The notes under the pieces are model-generated. The model searched no databases, was not told where the DNA came from, and saw nothing but the letters and a program-made list of their open reading frames with translations. Position numbers and translations under genes: made by a program. This document shows, one piece after another, positions 10,919-25,264 of a DNA stretch of 64,000 bases. How positions within the stretch are numbered: the stretch's first letter is position 1; every line of letters starts with the position of its first letter. The DNA is from Takakia lepidozioides (Eukaryota > Plantae > Bryophyta), in contig CM060731.1 in the NCBI GenBank assembly GCA_030704615.1, positions 58,094,001 to 58,158,000 of the forward strand, given 5' to 3'.

Positions 10919-12173
10919 CGGACGCCCTTTACTCTGCCACCCAATGTAGGGCCTCCTCTCTACTCTTGTGCGATTCTTGGTCCGCCTCCCTCAGCACGGC
11001 CTTGTCCTCTGAAAGCTTCTAGAAACCCATTTGTGCATATCCAGTGCGCTATACAGTTCCTTTGTATCTCCCGTGGACGAAACAAGAAATCCCGTTCTTT
11101 CTTCTATCTTGTCTCTTTCTCTCCCCGCAATGCATCTACTTCGAAATTTCATAAACAGCGTCTCTTCGGCCGGCTCACGCTTCTCTTCTGTTCTAAAATT
11201 CAAAGTCTCGGCTTGAATTGCATCACAGCGAGAGACCCAGTCTTGTCTCTGATCTGGCAATGAATCAATCACCTGCGGTGCGCAGGCAGGAAAGGAGGGG
11301 GCCGGTGTGCACGCATCAATGACTGCCACTGCGCCATAACCACTCTGCACACTACTAACATTTCTCATCCTCTACGGACAGTGTTCATCCACAGTGTTCA
11401 TCGCCTACGTTGCCGCGCTTTTGCCGATGAAGGAGATGAGCCACTTTCTTCGATTCGATCTCCGCAAAAGAAACTCAAGAGATTAGATGAGCACTCGACA
11501 GGGACAGATTGTAGAGCACTTTGAACTCAGGTGTGGTGCACTCATTTTTCTTAGAATTGAAGGAATTTCGGGGCAGTCTGTTAGTTTGAAAGCATCCGAA
11601 GCAGTCATTCTTCTTTTTCTCTGCGTTCGGAGTATGTGCTGGAAACTGAAGGATTAGGCGAGGTTTGAGTTGCAGTCGCGTCTCCAGTAAACGAATTGTT
11701 GATACTATCTGTAAGAATATTTTTGGAATGGAAGTGTAACGTGGCCCTTGAAGAGAGAGGGACGATGTCTCTCTCCCGAGAGATTTGGAGCATGCAGTAT
11801 TTTGAGCCGGTGCATTCCCATAGGAGGCTGAATCCAATGTAGGAAAAGGCTTTCTTCAGAACGCATTTGCAATAAACCATCGTTTTGCTGGCCCTATCTC
11901 CTATTCCTTTAATGGTTCGAAATATGGTGGAATCGGCATTCCTTCCATTGGAGTTGAGACCGAGAGGGTTCCGAGCATTTAAAGCCAATTTCTCAGGATA
12001 TAGGCTTAGATAGGCTTGATTTTCGCAATCACGCCTATAAGGCTGTTAAGAACGGTACTGCTCTTTTACGGTTCTGCTTGGTTATGAGCTAAGAGGAGGA
12101 CATCAAATCTATAAAGTGGCAACATACTGTAGAAACACGAGCTTCCCGTTCTAGTTGCCTGTTGCCTGTAGAT

Positions 12174-15100
12174 ATGGAGTACGACGAAGTGATTGTCGAA
12201 GAGGCGAGGGTAGCAGGGAATTCTCAAGTGGCTAAGCGACGGACCGTGGCTGAACAATTTCTTTCCAGAACGGATGAAATCATTTTGAATGCATTTGGAA
12301 AGAGATCCGAGGGGCCAAATCCAGGGCAAGCTGTGTTGGACTACTCCCGAGCATTATTTTACTTCATGGGACCACTTGCCAAAGAGGATAGTGGCTCAAG
12401 GTCTGCAAGGCTGCTGATTCTCGCAATCGGACATGTGCTTGATTTGGTTTACTCCAGAAGGCTGTTGGTCGATAAGAAGGTGATCGATTGTCTCTCCTTT
12501 TTCTCCCAGGAGGTTGAAAGTTTACCACCACGGCTTCTTCCATCTGTTGTGGAGGCAGTTGTCTCACATTTCGAGTCTCTGGAAAACAGCGATGAAGGTC
12601 GGAGTCTTGAGCTTCTTCCAAACTGCCTGACTCTGATATTGGCCTCAATTGATCCCGCTACTGTGTCTGGAGAACAGGTACTTGTGCATTGCTCCATGTG
12701 CAGTAACTGTCACTGGTCTCCAATTTTCATGTTCAACCTTCTCCACTGCCTCACACTACAGTTAACTTCAGGAATGTTCTCCACGTTGAAATTATATGGT
12801 GGAAAGGGGCTAATTCTTTGAATTGCTCACTCATATAGGTCTGAAATGTGTGTTATTGCTGAGACATTTCTGAGTAACACAATATCTATCAGGCTCTTAG
12901 TGGCATGTTGAACCAGTGTAAGAAAGATTTTAAGAATGTCTATGAAAGCTTACGTTGTGAGCTCACAACACAACGTTATTGAAACTCCTTGTTGCAACTG
13001 CTTAAGAACATTGCTGCAAAATTCTCACAACATCTTGATTCAACCTTGATTGAGGTTATTTACAAACCTGATGGAGGTCAACGGAATTACTGTTGATTTA
13101 TCAATGGCCCATGCCTTCGTTGAAGCTTTGTTGTTAACCAAAAACCCACTCTGATCTGCCTGGAGAATAGGGAGAAGAGCTGCAAATGAGTGGCACGGAA
13201 TACAGGGACAATATTGTGGCTCGCCTTTTATCAGCTTCCTGGTCGAAAGCAATCCTCCTCAAAATGACCAGCATAATTCGAGAAATGCCCCTTGAAGCGA
13301 GCCATACTGAAGATTTTGTGACAAAGGTCTTGAGCAACATGGAGGAAGCTGAACCGCAGGACTTGCCATCACTGGTGTACCAGCTGTTGCTGCTTGCTTC
13401 AAAAGGGTACAAGCGAATAGTTCTCAATGGCATCGCAACCACCTTCAGCAAATTGCAAGGTCTGGAACATCAGAAAAGCACCACAAATGGGGACACTTTG
13501 GCTAATGGTGGTAAAAATCTTGGATCCTAGCCCCTTCGAATGAGCAGGCAAACTGAATCATTTGGATTTGAACTATGTGGTCATGCTTCCATGGTGTAGG
13601 TGTCCCTCACATTGTGTGGTGCTTATGCCAGAAACAATGTGCTGCACAAGGATCTGGTTGGTCAAGTATTGTCGTGTAGGGATGCACTCATATGGTCTTC
13701 AATGTATCCAAATGTCTGATATAATGTTCAAATAGCCCAAATTAGTCGCCAATACATTTACGTGTTAGGCTGCAAGATTGGTCACAGTTGATTCATCTGG
13801 AGACAGGTAGTCAAGTTCCAGGAATGGATGTACTCCGGCAGATCAAAGGCACTATAGTTCTTCACATCAACTTTGCGGTCAAGCAGGATCCAGCACTGGG
13901 CCTAGAGTGGCTCACACTATTGCGTATGCAGTCAGGGCTGTTGACACCATTCATGGTGTCGGTGTTGCTGTCACTAGCACGGATTCAGCGGTTTGAGCAG
14001 GGATGTTTTGACCTTCTCAAATCTGCTGCTGTTACATCCTACAAGGACTGCGAGCATTGTAGGTAATTGATCATCTTGACTTTGTTCTTTCGTTTTGAAT
14101 GATAAGGTCCTGATAAATGACCTAATAAGGACGTGACCATCTGTGACACTCACTCTGCAGACCTGACTTGGCAAAAGTAGTTTTAGATAGTCAAACATAA
14201 TATCCTTCTGTGTTTGTGCAAGATACTGATTAGACAATTTTGCGATTCTAGAGTCTCGGGATGGGCATTTTCTGTCTTGGGATCAACATGTTTGCAGAGA
14301 GCCGCGGCTATGGAGCATTCCTTCATGCGTATTGTAAGTCCCTAAACTCATAAGTATGCAGTGCTCCACAATAGGTCTGACATGCTTGTGTCAACAGGTC
14401 TGACATCACCTTTCACATGCATGTGGTCACACTGCCAACTTGACAACCCTGCCAATTGTCTGATACAGCATGTGTTTCGAATTTGAAGTGGTTTGAGGAA
14501 GCTTACCATAGTTGAAGTGGATGAGATCAGAGTATGGTGATCCTGTTGGTGTACATGGTGGTTATAACCAAATGGGAAAGCAACTTGATTGCCTCTTGTT
14601 TGTGAATTTCACTACTGACTTCTGCTCTGATAATTATACGGAGTATGCAGGTTCAGAGTAGTGCATTCGGATGGGACCATATGATTCCCAGTGTTGTGCA
14701 AATGGGGTTTATCCTGATTGAGACTGGTACAGCGGTGAGGTTTTCAGTAGGACAAGACGTGAGAAGATCAGAGACAGTTTCAGACAGCCAGCAGTTGGGA
14801 TTGCGAATGCTTGCAGCAGCCTTTGAAATGCATGAAATGGCACGCGATGAGGTTATATGCAAGAGAAAACCCTCAAAGAGAACCCTTCTTTCTTTCAGTT
14901 TTCCATGGACATCATGGATTCTCTCTCTTCTTTCTCGTGAGGTCCTTTGCGGGGTTTAGTATCTCCAGGTTCTGTCTTGTCCCATGGGCTGTCTGTGCAC
15001 GTTCTCTCTCTCCAGTAGCATGCTGACCACTTGTGCCCGGCTTGCGCTAAAGATGACAGAAGGGCGATTGAGACTGAAGAACAGTTCTTCTTTCACTCTC

Positions 15101-18100
15101 CTCTGTACCTTGTAAATCCAGGGTCATTGCTATTGCCTATTCTGGGACAGCCAATCCCTTACTGAGGTCTTTCACTATGAGGATTAGAAATGCTCGGCAG
15201 CATATCTGCTTGAGGCTTTCCATCTTAGAGAATCTGTTGATGAATAGTTGTTGTTGGGCTTCTGGCTAAGGTCCCCAATTTCTTTCTTGTATCCTGCTTT
15301 TTTTTGGTCCCACAAGCTGCTTGAGCTGCCCATGGATGTTATACAGTTTCTGTCTTTCTTTCTCCTAAATTTCTCCTTCTTTCATCATCTGAGTTGGAAT
15401 GACAGTCAAAGGAAAATGTAACTGTCTTCAATTCCTCTACCTCTTCCTCCGTATGCTGCAACAGCATCTACACACAGCAGGGAATGATAAGCTTCTTATA
15501 TCTGCTGTCATTCAGTTGTTGCAATGGTCAACTAACTCATTGTCTCAACTGTGTTTTGCTCTTTCCTTCGCAGATCATTGAGCAGAGCAAATGTCGGATA
15601 ATTGGACTTAAGCCTCAGCAAAGTATACTTTTTATCAGGCAAGTTGGAGTTTCATGAGAGGAATATAGTAGGTAGGAGGAGAGATGTTCTCATTGACCAT
15701 TCTGTGTGAATATTGTACCATTGAGGCATGTGGTCATTAACTCTCTGGAGCAGGTTGTGCAGCTTTAAACACACAAGGGGTAAAGGCAGGACAGGCTTGG
15801 ACTTCGTGCATTTGGCTGTTAGAAACTGGTTGAACAGAAAGAGAATGTACTCATAAGACATTGTTTGCCATAGCCTTGTGGCCATTGACTCTGCACCCAG
15901 TTTGAGCAGAACACAAAGGGACAGAAACTACCTTTGTCAGGGGTTGACGCCAGTAGTATGACTTACCTTGAAACAGACAATTGATCCGAGTTTCCAGATA
16001 TCCTCTAGAAATCCCTTCACACAAACATCAATCTGCTTTCTGTGATTTGCCCAATAACTAGACCCGAAAAGGGCCTGGGCTTTTGGTCAGCCTTGATTTT
16101 CAAAGTTGGTAAACAGTGGTACAGGAACAATTCCCTTGATGGATTTGGAGAGGGTGTCTCTCTGGTGAGAGTACCCAGGACAACCTGAACAGAAAGAGAG
16201 AAGGCTTACAGATTGTACTCATAAGACGTTGTTTGCCGTAGCCTTGTGGCCATTGACCCTGCGCCCAGTTTGAGCGGGAACAAAAGGGACAGAACCTACC
16301 TCTGTCAGGGGCTGACGTTGGTAGTAAGACTTACCTCCATATAAAGAATTAATCCGGGTTTTCCAGATATCCGCTAGAAATCCCTTCACACAAGCATCAA
16401 TCTGCTGTGTGTGATTTGCCCAAAAACTAAGCCTCAGGAGGGCCTGGGCTTTTGGCTCAGCCTCGAGACTTTCAAAGTTGGTAAACAGGGGTACAGGCAC
16501 AATTCCCTTAATAGATTTGAAGAGAGCGTCTCTTTGGTGAGAGAACCCCGGACAGTGTATCAGAAAATGAATACTGTCTTCAGATTGCCCACACAACGGG
16601 CAATTGCACTCTCCCTTTCCTCTCCGCTTCTGTTTGCTGTTCAAAGGTAGGCTTCCTGCCCTGAGTTTAAATTTCAGTCTAGTGCCGAGAGTGGGTAGAC
16701 CCTTGAGGTCATCCAAGATGTCCTCCCCCATGTCACAGACTGGAAACAAGTTCAGGGAAGTTTTCTGCCTAACTTCATTTTCATCAGACAATCTCATGGC
16801 AACAGACATGGCTGAGGACACTACAGCCTCTAAGTCAGATTTGTCCAGCAGGGTCAAGACTTGCGGATCCAGGTCCAGGTCCTTGAGGATCTCTTCTACT
16901 CTCTTCTGCCAGGACTTAGCCTGTTTGACAGGGCGGTCCTGTTTCCAAGATATAGAGTCGATTAATTTAGGATATCTGGTGTTGGGCATATGTTGCAGCT
17001 GACCCCACCATCTGACCTTGAATTCATCTCGTCGGGAGCTTAAGGACGGAATGCCAAACTCACCCCGAACAGCCACATTGGCTGTTTTGGAGCATGCTGA
17101 CATACACTCCTTAAGCACCCCCACTTGAATGGATTCTAGAGACTTAGCCTGGTTGGAGTTATCAACCCATATAGCAGATCCGTACTCCAAGGCAGGTCTA
17201 ATAACGCGACAAAGCATGGTTTTCTTAACCTCAGAGTTGACCCCTCTGCAGTGGAAAAATTTAGTGAGCCCCAGAGCTTTGCCCTTGCCAGTTTGAACAA
17301 CTTTCCGGATATGTGCATCCCAATTACAATTGGAGGAGAACTCAACGCCCAGGTAAGTGTAGGAAGGGAGGACCGGGATCTCTTGGCTACCCCACTGCCA
17401 CTTAAGATCACTTCCTCCCTCTCCTCTGTCGTTGAATGCTACCACTGCACATTTGCTGACATTAGCCTCTAGCCCCCAAAGATCAAAGTATCTCTTCGCG
17501 CAATCAATCAACTCCTGGAGATTGGTTGGAGTCTCCCCTATGCCTGCGAAGTCATCCGCAAACATAAGGGCTGGTATGGTGGTATCACCCACCCTTAACC
17601 GAAATCCCTCACTTTCCACATCCTCGAGGAGTTGATTGATGAAAACATTGAAGAGCAGAGGGGAGAGAGTACATCCTTGAGCTACACCTTGGTCTATGTC
17701 AAAGAAGTTGGACTTCTGTCCGTTAACAGTGACACAGCTTTTGGTGTGAGCATACAAGTTGTGGACAACTCTCCACATCTTTCCCTTGATCCCACAAGAC
17801 CAGAGGCGGAACCATAGGCCATCTCTCCACACTGTGTCATAAGCCTTTTTGACATCCAGGAAAAAGACATAAGTGGAGAAGGATTACAGAGAACAGAAGA
17901 GAGTTCGTAGTTCAGAGACTGTGAGACTCAGTTTATCTTTATCCCTCTCTCCTTGTCACCCTATATTTCATGCCATGTAGAGGTATGTGAAGTGTCTTTC
18001 TACCTGTCTTTTACGCACCAATCTTGAAGAACCATTGGAAGCATGTATTAGGATGTTGGAGCTGTTTGTACGCAAGTTCCCACGGCGAATGGTAGAGCAT

Positions 18101-21100
18101 CGTGCTCGTCTCAAAGAGTGCCTGGACTACCTCACCTACTTGCCCTGTGTGTCAGCATCGGCAATCATTCGAGCTCTGTGCCCATTATTTCAGCTCAATC
18201 GCGACATCCAGGTACGTCCAGGTGGAATGTTGATACTTGCTAACCAAGAATGTAAAGAAATCACAACCAAAATGTTTTAAGGAAGCTAATGTCTAATTAT
18301 TCACATCCATGTGAATGAGCTTTTTTGTAGGATCACATGTATTAAAGTGGTATAGTTCTCCATAGTGGCAATTATCGTGGACATCTGCATCCACAACTTA
18401 GTGTTGTGAAGGAAGTGATTCTGGATGTAACTGAATGCTCAAAGGTTTGTTTCTTTGTGACCAAGCAAACATAATGTAAATTGGTGCATCTCCTGCAAGG
18501 GCTTGCCTTCCGGTCTGCTCATCTCTTAATGGTTCTCCTGTCCTCCCTCTCTCACAGAAGAGACACTGTGAGCTTCATCACTGGTAGGGGGTCGTTGCTT
18601 CCTCTGGTCCTCTCCTCCTTCTCTTTCATACTCGGCTAGTTTTTCCATTTATTTTCTACTCGAGTTAGTCTGTGTGGCCTGGACTTGGTGGCCACACAGT
18701 CGCAGCAAGCTATGGAAGGTGGCCATTTATGCCACTCAGAAGAGTGTTGCCATTGGCAAAGCAGCTAATGTATGCGTTCTCCACCAAGGTTTCTGACGTA
18801 GAGCCTGTGAAACAACCTCTGAGAGTAGCAAGTTAATGACTCGATGTCTTCCTCTTTTCACAGGACTACACTATACTGGTGTTACGGAAGTCTATGTTTG
18901 GTCGGGAAGCAAGCACACGCATCACAGCAGTTGAAGGACTGCTGGCCATGTTAATAGCTGAGAAGAACAGCCAGCCGTTGAATAATGCAGACTCTGATTC
19001 ATGGCGACGAATGTCATCAAGTGAGGCCAGCTGTAGCCAGTCATACAGCCAGCGGGAGTTAAGACCTGGAAATGGACATCGCCGAAACCTTCTCCATGAA
19101 CTTGTTGGGATGCTGCGCCGCTGCCTCTCCCAACAGGTATCATAATTTTCTTCCCATAATACTCTTCCTCAGTAAGTTAGAGGACCATTCATTGGCAGGG
19201 CTTGCTTATGCCTGAAATCTCGTTGACAATATACTGCTTTCCTGCTTCTCTGTAGGTTGTGGTGAGGGAGACTCTGTACAGAGGGCTTCCCCAGCTGCTG
19301 CTTGCAGACCCCACTTCAGCAGATGACGTATTTGATCTTGTGTGGTCCCACTTCCGTCATTTCTACGATGAGAGAGAGGTAACGTCAATATCTCGGGATG
19401 AGGTGAAAATAGGACTAATTTGGTGAATGCTGGAGGTATCCTTTTACTCCTGGCTCCTTGGGTGTGCCTTCTGCCTGGTTGAACGAAGTTCCTCGGGTTT
19501 CCTGTATCCATGTTTTTCCAATGCCCTCTAATATTTCATCGGTAGGGTTGAGCATAAGGTGCCAATGGCAAAGACCTCAGAAAAAGATAAAGACAATGAT
19601 GATGATCCTGGCCATAGGTGTGGAGACATGCACCCCATGCCCAACTCAGACAGCCCAAAAGGTAGGAAAGGTTGGAGAAGAACTGGAGGGTAGCCCACTT
19701 CAATTGCAGAATGCTCCCTCAGTAGTGGGGATTACTCATGCTCATTTTTCAATTTAACGCGCATATTCACCACAGATAAGGGATTCAGGGAGGGCCACAA
19801 ATTTGGGCACAGTCCCAAGTCCCAACCCAGTGAGAAGAGTTGATTCCAAAGAGAGGTTCTTGTTTCAGAAGATTACCCAAAACAATGTATCAGAAAATAC
19901 TTGCTATATTCTTGGACGTTTGTGCTTCTTTTTTTCTCTTTCTGCCTCGATATAGTAGGCTATATCAGCTGGGAAAACAAGAAATGAAATGGAATGAAAT
20001 GAAATGGTACTTTATAACGTCCGCAGAGATTGTACTCATAAGACGTTGTTTGCCGTAGCCTTGTGGCCATTGACCCCGCGCCCAGTTTGAGCGGGAACAA
20101 AAGGGACAGAACCTACCTCTGTCAGGGGCTGACGTTGGTAGTAAGACTTACCTCCATATAAAGAATTAATCCGGGTTTTCCAGATATCCTCTAGAAATCC
20201 CTTCACACAAGCATCAGAGAAGGAAAGAGAGAAGGAAAGAAAGAAAGAAAGAAAGAAAGAGGGAAGACCTTTTACAAGGCCCCACAGAAAGCCCAGAGAC
20301 ATGCAAGTTTGTGTTCATCACAATGGATCTGCAGTAGAAGTACATTTCTAAACCTGGTTTTGATGCTAGGATGACTCAGCAACCCTGAAGCTGAGCGCAT
20401 GTGTGGTTGTTCGGAATGAGGCTGTATGTTTGGAAGAACCTGTCGACCACCTCCTGGATTGTGTTCACCAGCTACTCAAGTTGCAGCCAAGAGAGGGCAA
20501 TGGCCAACACTCTACAACTGCTGTAGACAACTTTGGCTTTGCATTCTCAGAGGAGGAGGATCTAAGTGATGTATGTTGTTTGTTTGGTTCTAACTTTTGC
20601 CATGGGGGTGGCAGTTGCTTTCACTGGACTAGGGTATCTGGTGTACCTCATTGGACCAGTTGGTGGTATTTGAATCTTCCATCATTATAACAGATATTGC
20701 ATAGAAATGGTTTCATGTTTAGTCATCTGATCTATGTTCTCTTGTGAGGTTGCATGGTTTTCCTGTCTTGGCAAGTAGCTTTTCTAAAGATGTCAATGAT
20801 CTTGACAAATCTATCATTCATGGAGGTGCTTTTGGTCCATTTGTGTATCCTGGACCCTCATGTTGTCTCATGGATTTCTGTTGCAGAAGGGGCAACTATG
20901 TGCTGGAGAGTTACTGGCAGCTGCTTTCCTCAAACTCCGGAAAACTGTACAGAGCAGCTCACTGGCAGGTGAGTATCTCACCACTCCAGACTTAAACCTA
21001 CCCGCACTGGTAACTCAATACTCACTGGCTCTATTTAAGTCATTATGACAGCGATCGGGTGGACCCCATAACTTGCCTCAGGAAAGTACACATCCTCTTA

Positions 21101-24100
21101 GGAACCATGCTCTTGAAGGTGAGCCATATCCAAGCTTAACATCTGATCTGCCCTTGTGCAGATTTCAATCTGGACACGACACAAAACTTTGCTCTTCAGA
21201 CTGCAGAGGGGGAACAAAAAATGGAGCAGGGCCGTCTTCTTCTAGGGGTGTTTGAGGTGCTAATGGATGCCGCTGTCATAGATATGACTAGTGCAGGGAG
21301 TGACAGTCGAAAGGTGGAAGTTCAAAATGAGCTAAAGAACTACCTTGTATTGCATGATGAATTGCAACAGATCATTGTTAGCCAAAGGCATCCTGGCAAA
21401 CCTGTTGGAAAGAATTCAGCGAAAACCGCTGCCACAGACAAAGATAAGCTTGGAAGACCATCACAGTTGGAAGAGCACATGCACAATCTGGTGCCTGGAA
21501 AGCAAGATGGCAGGTTTGCGGCCCCTCGAGCAACATTTGAAAAGCGTATGCCCTTTCTTAGCAGTGCCTGCATTGCTTACTTTCTCGACACTGTTGCCAG
21601 TGAAACAGTGGAACATTCTCTGGAAAGGAGGGCAGTGGATGGGGAGGTTAGAGGTGGGGGGAGGGAAAGGGAGGGACCTGGCAGCCAACAAAGAGACTCA
21701 CAAACTATTCAGCATGCTACTCAGGGTGCCTCTGGGGCTGTCTCAGACTCTGCACTCACTTCTTTTGCTCTTGGCAGCTGTCTCCGGCATTTACAAGCTG
21801 TTGCCAATGACACACCCGAGGAGACACACAACATACGTGATCTCAGATTGCTTTCTGGTCAAGATTGGAAAATTATTGCCGCTCCCCTATTTAAAGTGGT
21901 TACATTGTTCAAGTCGTCAAGTTTCAAGGTCAAGTTCAGCACGCAGAAGTCACAAGACAAGCAGAAAGGAGGGAAGGGGAAGAAAACATTGGAGCAAGCT
22001 GCAGAGGCATCAAAACTGACTGCTGTTAAGTGTTTGGACGAGCTTTGTAAGGTAGCACTCAACAGGGCATGCCTGTCAGAGATACTTCATTTTGACAGTC
22101 CCGAAGATGCAGATGGCGGATGGCCAGTGAGTGAGGAGGATGTTGAGGAGGATGTGGTTAATGGAGGCAATACAGATGTTCACATAAATCAAGGGGGTGC
22201 CATTGAAGGACCAGATGTGAAGCTGCTCAATAGATGGTTGGTGAAGCAGATACGACCTCTTATGCAAGAGCTATTAGTGCACTCAGCATTTAATGAGCTT
22301 GAGGTACTTTAAGCTTTGACCTATCAAGTAAAAGGGAATAATGGCCTCTGTCATATAGCAATCTATGTTCCCAAATATGGAAGGCAGAAACTATAACATT
22401 ATTACCGTCTGTTATCAGTTGATGTGTAGCTAAAGCTGGGGTTATATGCTTTTATCTGCTTAGCATCATTGAGGCCCAGAAACTTATGACACTCTTCCAC
22501 TCTGTTTCTTTCTCTCTGGTATCTAATTAGATATCAACACCAAGTCTCAACACTCAGTCTTCTGTGAGCTGTTTGACCTTGGCATTGCATTACTGCTATA
22601 CAGTCAGGGTCGGCCCTCAGAGATAGTAAGTTCACAAGAAGCAGCCAACGAGTACAATACTTGCTATGTTTATGTGTTTTTTCTCATGCCTGATATGCTA
22701 TGGGATCAGAGGGAGGTACTGCTGTCGGCATTGGGGCCCAACCGTTGTATCGAAACTGAAGAACACTTCTTCCTTTACTGCCCTCTTTACTAGGAGATTC
22801 GGAACAGACAGATGTCTGTTCCAAATCTCTCACAGAAGTCTTCCATTGTGAGGATCAGAAATGCTTTGCAGTTTATCTGCACAAAGCTTTGACCCTTAGG
22901 CAATCCCTTGAGCGGTAGTTGCTTCTGGCTTCACTGTGTCTTTTATTCCTTCTTGTTTCTTGCTTTTCTTTTTGTCCCATAAGCTCTTTGAGCTTTCTGC
23001 GGACGTTATTAAGCCCCATTTCATTTCATTTCATTTCAGTGTGGTTATTCTCTGCAGGTTGTTGCCAAAACATTTCGCTCCCTAGGAAGCAAGTTGCCAC
23101 CTGCTATGATGAAGGGACATGGGACATGGGCATTGGGTGCCTGTGAAACGCATGCTGTTTCAAACAAGGGGGCTGCTTGTGCCATGGCAGCACTGGCAGT
23201 TGATTTAAGTCCTCCACCACTGGACCTCAGTGTGGCATTGGCCATGTCCTCTGAACTCCTCAACGTGATGGGGTCCGAAGAAACGGATCCGTTGGAATTG
23301 TCCAATACCTACCCCATCATCAACAGGGCCACGCGAAATGTCATGGCTGTATTTCTGCTTCAGCACGGGGAGACAGCGTTGAAAGATGTAGGATGGTTGA
23401 TAGCGAAGATCAAGACCCAGGCACCAGCAAAGCAATCAGAGCTGAAAGAAATAGGGGGTACCCGGTTTGGTCCATCAGCTCGCCGACAAACTCAACTCGA
23501 GGAGACGTTGCATACACGTATTGAAGCAGTGGTGCTCATGCTCTCACACTTCACTACCATGACCTTGACTGGTATGCCAGGCTCAATTGCCTTCAGATAC
23601 CAACATATGAATTATAGATGGTGACTACACATAGTCACACTGCACATTGGTCAAGGCCGCAAACATAGTATGGAATCCAGAAATCTAGGCTCCTGCACCT
23701 TTGACGAAACAGATTCTACAGAGAGAGGATTACTGTTCACCATTGTGCCACTAGGCCATGATTCCTTGCTTTCAATAGCTAGAAGCTTACAAGCAAGTTA
23801 GGGTGCAGTCTCAAGAGGTTTAACACATTGTGGAGGTTTGTCTTGCCAAATCTCAAGGTGTTCTCGCTGAGCAGTTTCTCAAGGTGGCTACACATCTCTA
23901 CAAGTGCCTGGCGGCGGCTACAAAACTGTGCATTGCCACCAAAGGATCCGTTCAAGCACTCCCAAGCATCCGATTCCACAGGCTGGCAGAAGTGACCTGC
24001 AAGAAGTTGACAGCACCTCTCTACATGTTCATGGCAGCCATGCAGCGGGTAACAACTTTTGATCTGCAATCTTTCAGTCCCGTCTGTAACCGCAGCCATA

Positions 24101-25025
24101 GACTTTTACCACCCGATGCTTGGTTAGGGAGCAGAATTGTTCCTACCGTGCAGCCAAAGTTAACAAGATGATATCTGCAGCCCACTCATGGCCAAGCAGA
24201 CATGATGAATGCATTAGAGCTAGCAATAACCTGAGAGGCAGGTAATATGCTGGCTCCAAAAATGTTATGTGGCTGCTCTCTTAGCATAGGGTTGCTTAGG
24301 CTATTTGGAATGAATCTGCAGACTGACCATCTTTAGTCCACTCCTTGATGCTGGCCACATCATCGTCCATCGTGGGTATTGCATCCCTTTCAAAAGTTTG
24401 TTTCCATACTTGCTTCACCCAGTAGTGGGCGTATAGAGCAGTTTTTTGACATAGCTTATGATGTTTACGTCTATGACAGGATCAGCAGGAAAACCAAATA
24501 GGGAGGGGCTCAGTAACGAAAATCAAGAGAGAAGCCAAAACGAATCCGAATCTTATCTACCAAATGGAAGACTACGAGCGGTACCTAATACAACTGAGTC
24601 GAGCATCCAAGGTTAACCTTATGCGGCATGCTAAACGGAGCACAGCAAGAGACTTCAAGATCATCGATCAGAGTAAGAAAAGCAAGCCAAATGGCGGTCC
24701 GGAGAGAACTCAAGGGGGAGAAGGTGGAGATGAAGTTAATGATGGTGACCAAGAGAATGATGGAGAGGAATCAGACGGGGAAGAGACACAGGATGTTGCG
24801 GGGGAGGATGGAATGCCCGGTGATATTCAGGAGAGAGAGGCCAGCACTCCAGTCAGTGAAAGGCTTGCTGGGGACAGTCAAGACCGAGGGTCCACTCCTC
24901 TGTCTGGTAATCGGGGCGAGGCACGGCAACGATCACGTGTGGTTGAAGAATCGGAGGAGGAATCTGAAGGTCACGAAACTGGGTCGCATCAAATGCTGGC
25001 AAAGAGGCAGCGAAGACCATACTGA
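12174..25025 (+). CDS. FANCI: Fanconi anemia group I protein homolog, 15 exons
   Basis: Phase-consistent exons: 12174-12677, 13171-13510, 13807-14062, 14252-14333, 14651-14851, 15574-15638 (GC donor), 18052-18211, 18864-19136, 19256-19378, 20370-20570, 20887-20968, 21162-22303, 23058-23571, 23858-24048, 24480-25025. FANCI motifs include DLPSLVYQLLLL, FAVKQDP, GWDH, RRCLSQQ, TAPLY and KVNLMRHAKRSTARDFKI. Confidence 0.93.
15845..16185 (-). mobile_element. LINE 3'-end fragment (diverged copy) in FANCI intron 6
   Basis: Homologous to the 3' end of the adjacent LINE; flanked by 14-bp TSD TGAACAGAAAGAGA (15831-15844 and 16186-16199). Confidence 0.85.
16213..17875 (-). mobile_element. 5'-truncated non-LTR retrotransposon (RT + C-terminal CCHC), not L1-like; RTEX/L2-group-like
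   Basis: Open frame with LDVKKAYDTVWR, GVAQGCTLSPLLF, FADD, YLGV and CPLC..HFLIHC. Candidate TSD GAGAAGG(C/A)TTACAGA at 16198-16212 and 17876-17890. Confidence 0.92.
19981..20216 (-). mobile_element. Short 3' fragment of the same LINE followed by an (ATTTC)n tail, FANCI intron 9
   Basis: Near-identical to about 16210-16398; continues TCTGCGGACGTTATAAAGTACC(ATTTC)n on the minus strand. Confidence 0.85.
22996..23038 (+). repeat. Retroposon-type 3' tail TCTGCGGACGTTAT..(ATTTC)n in FANCI intron 12
   Basis: Same tail motif as 19981-20027, but the upstream sequence is unrelated to the LINE ORF. Confidence 0.55.
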
Positions 25026-25264
25026 GAGCATTGGAGGGGGAGGGGATAATATAATAACAGTTTCATTTATTTCCAAATGGTTCAGGATCCAAATTTTAGT
25101 TTTCTAGTAAGTGGGCCTGCTTGTAGAGCCCACCAAAAAGAGAGGCAGAATTGTAAAATCTATACATCTATACCCCTTACCCTCTATATATACTGTTTTA
25201 AGGCGGTGGTGGAGCCTTCTAGAAGAGGGCCCACCGCCTCATCCCCACCAACCACCAACTCCTC

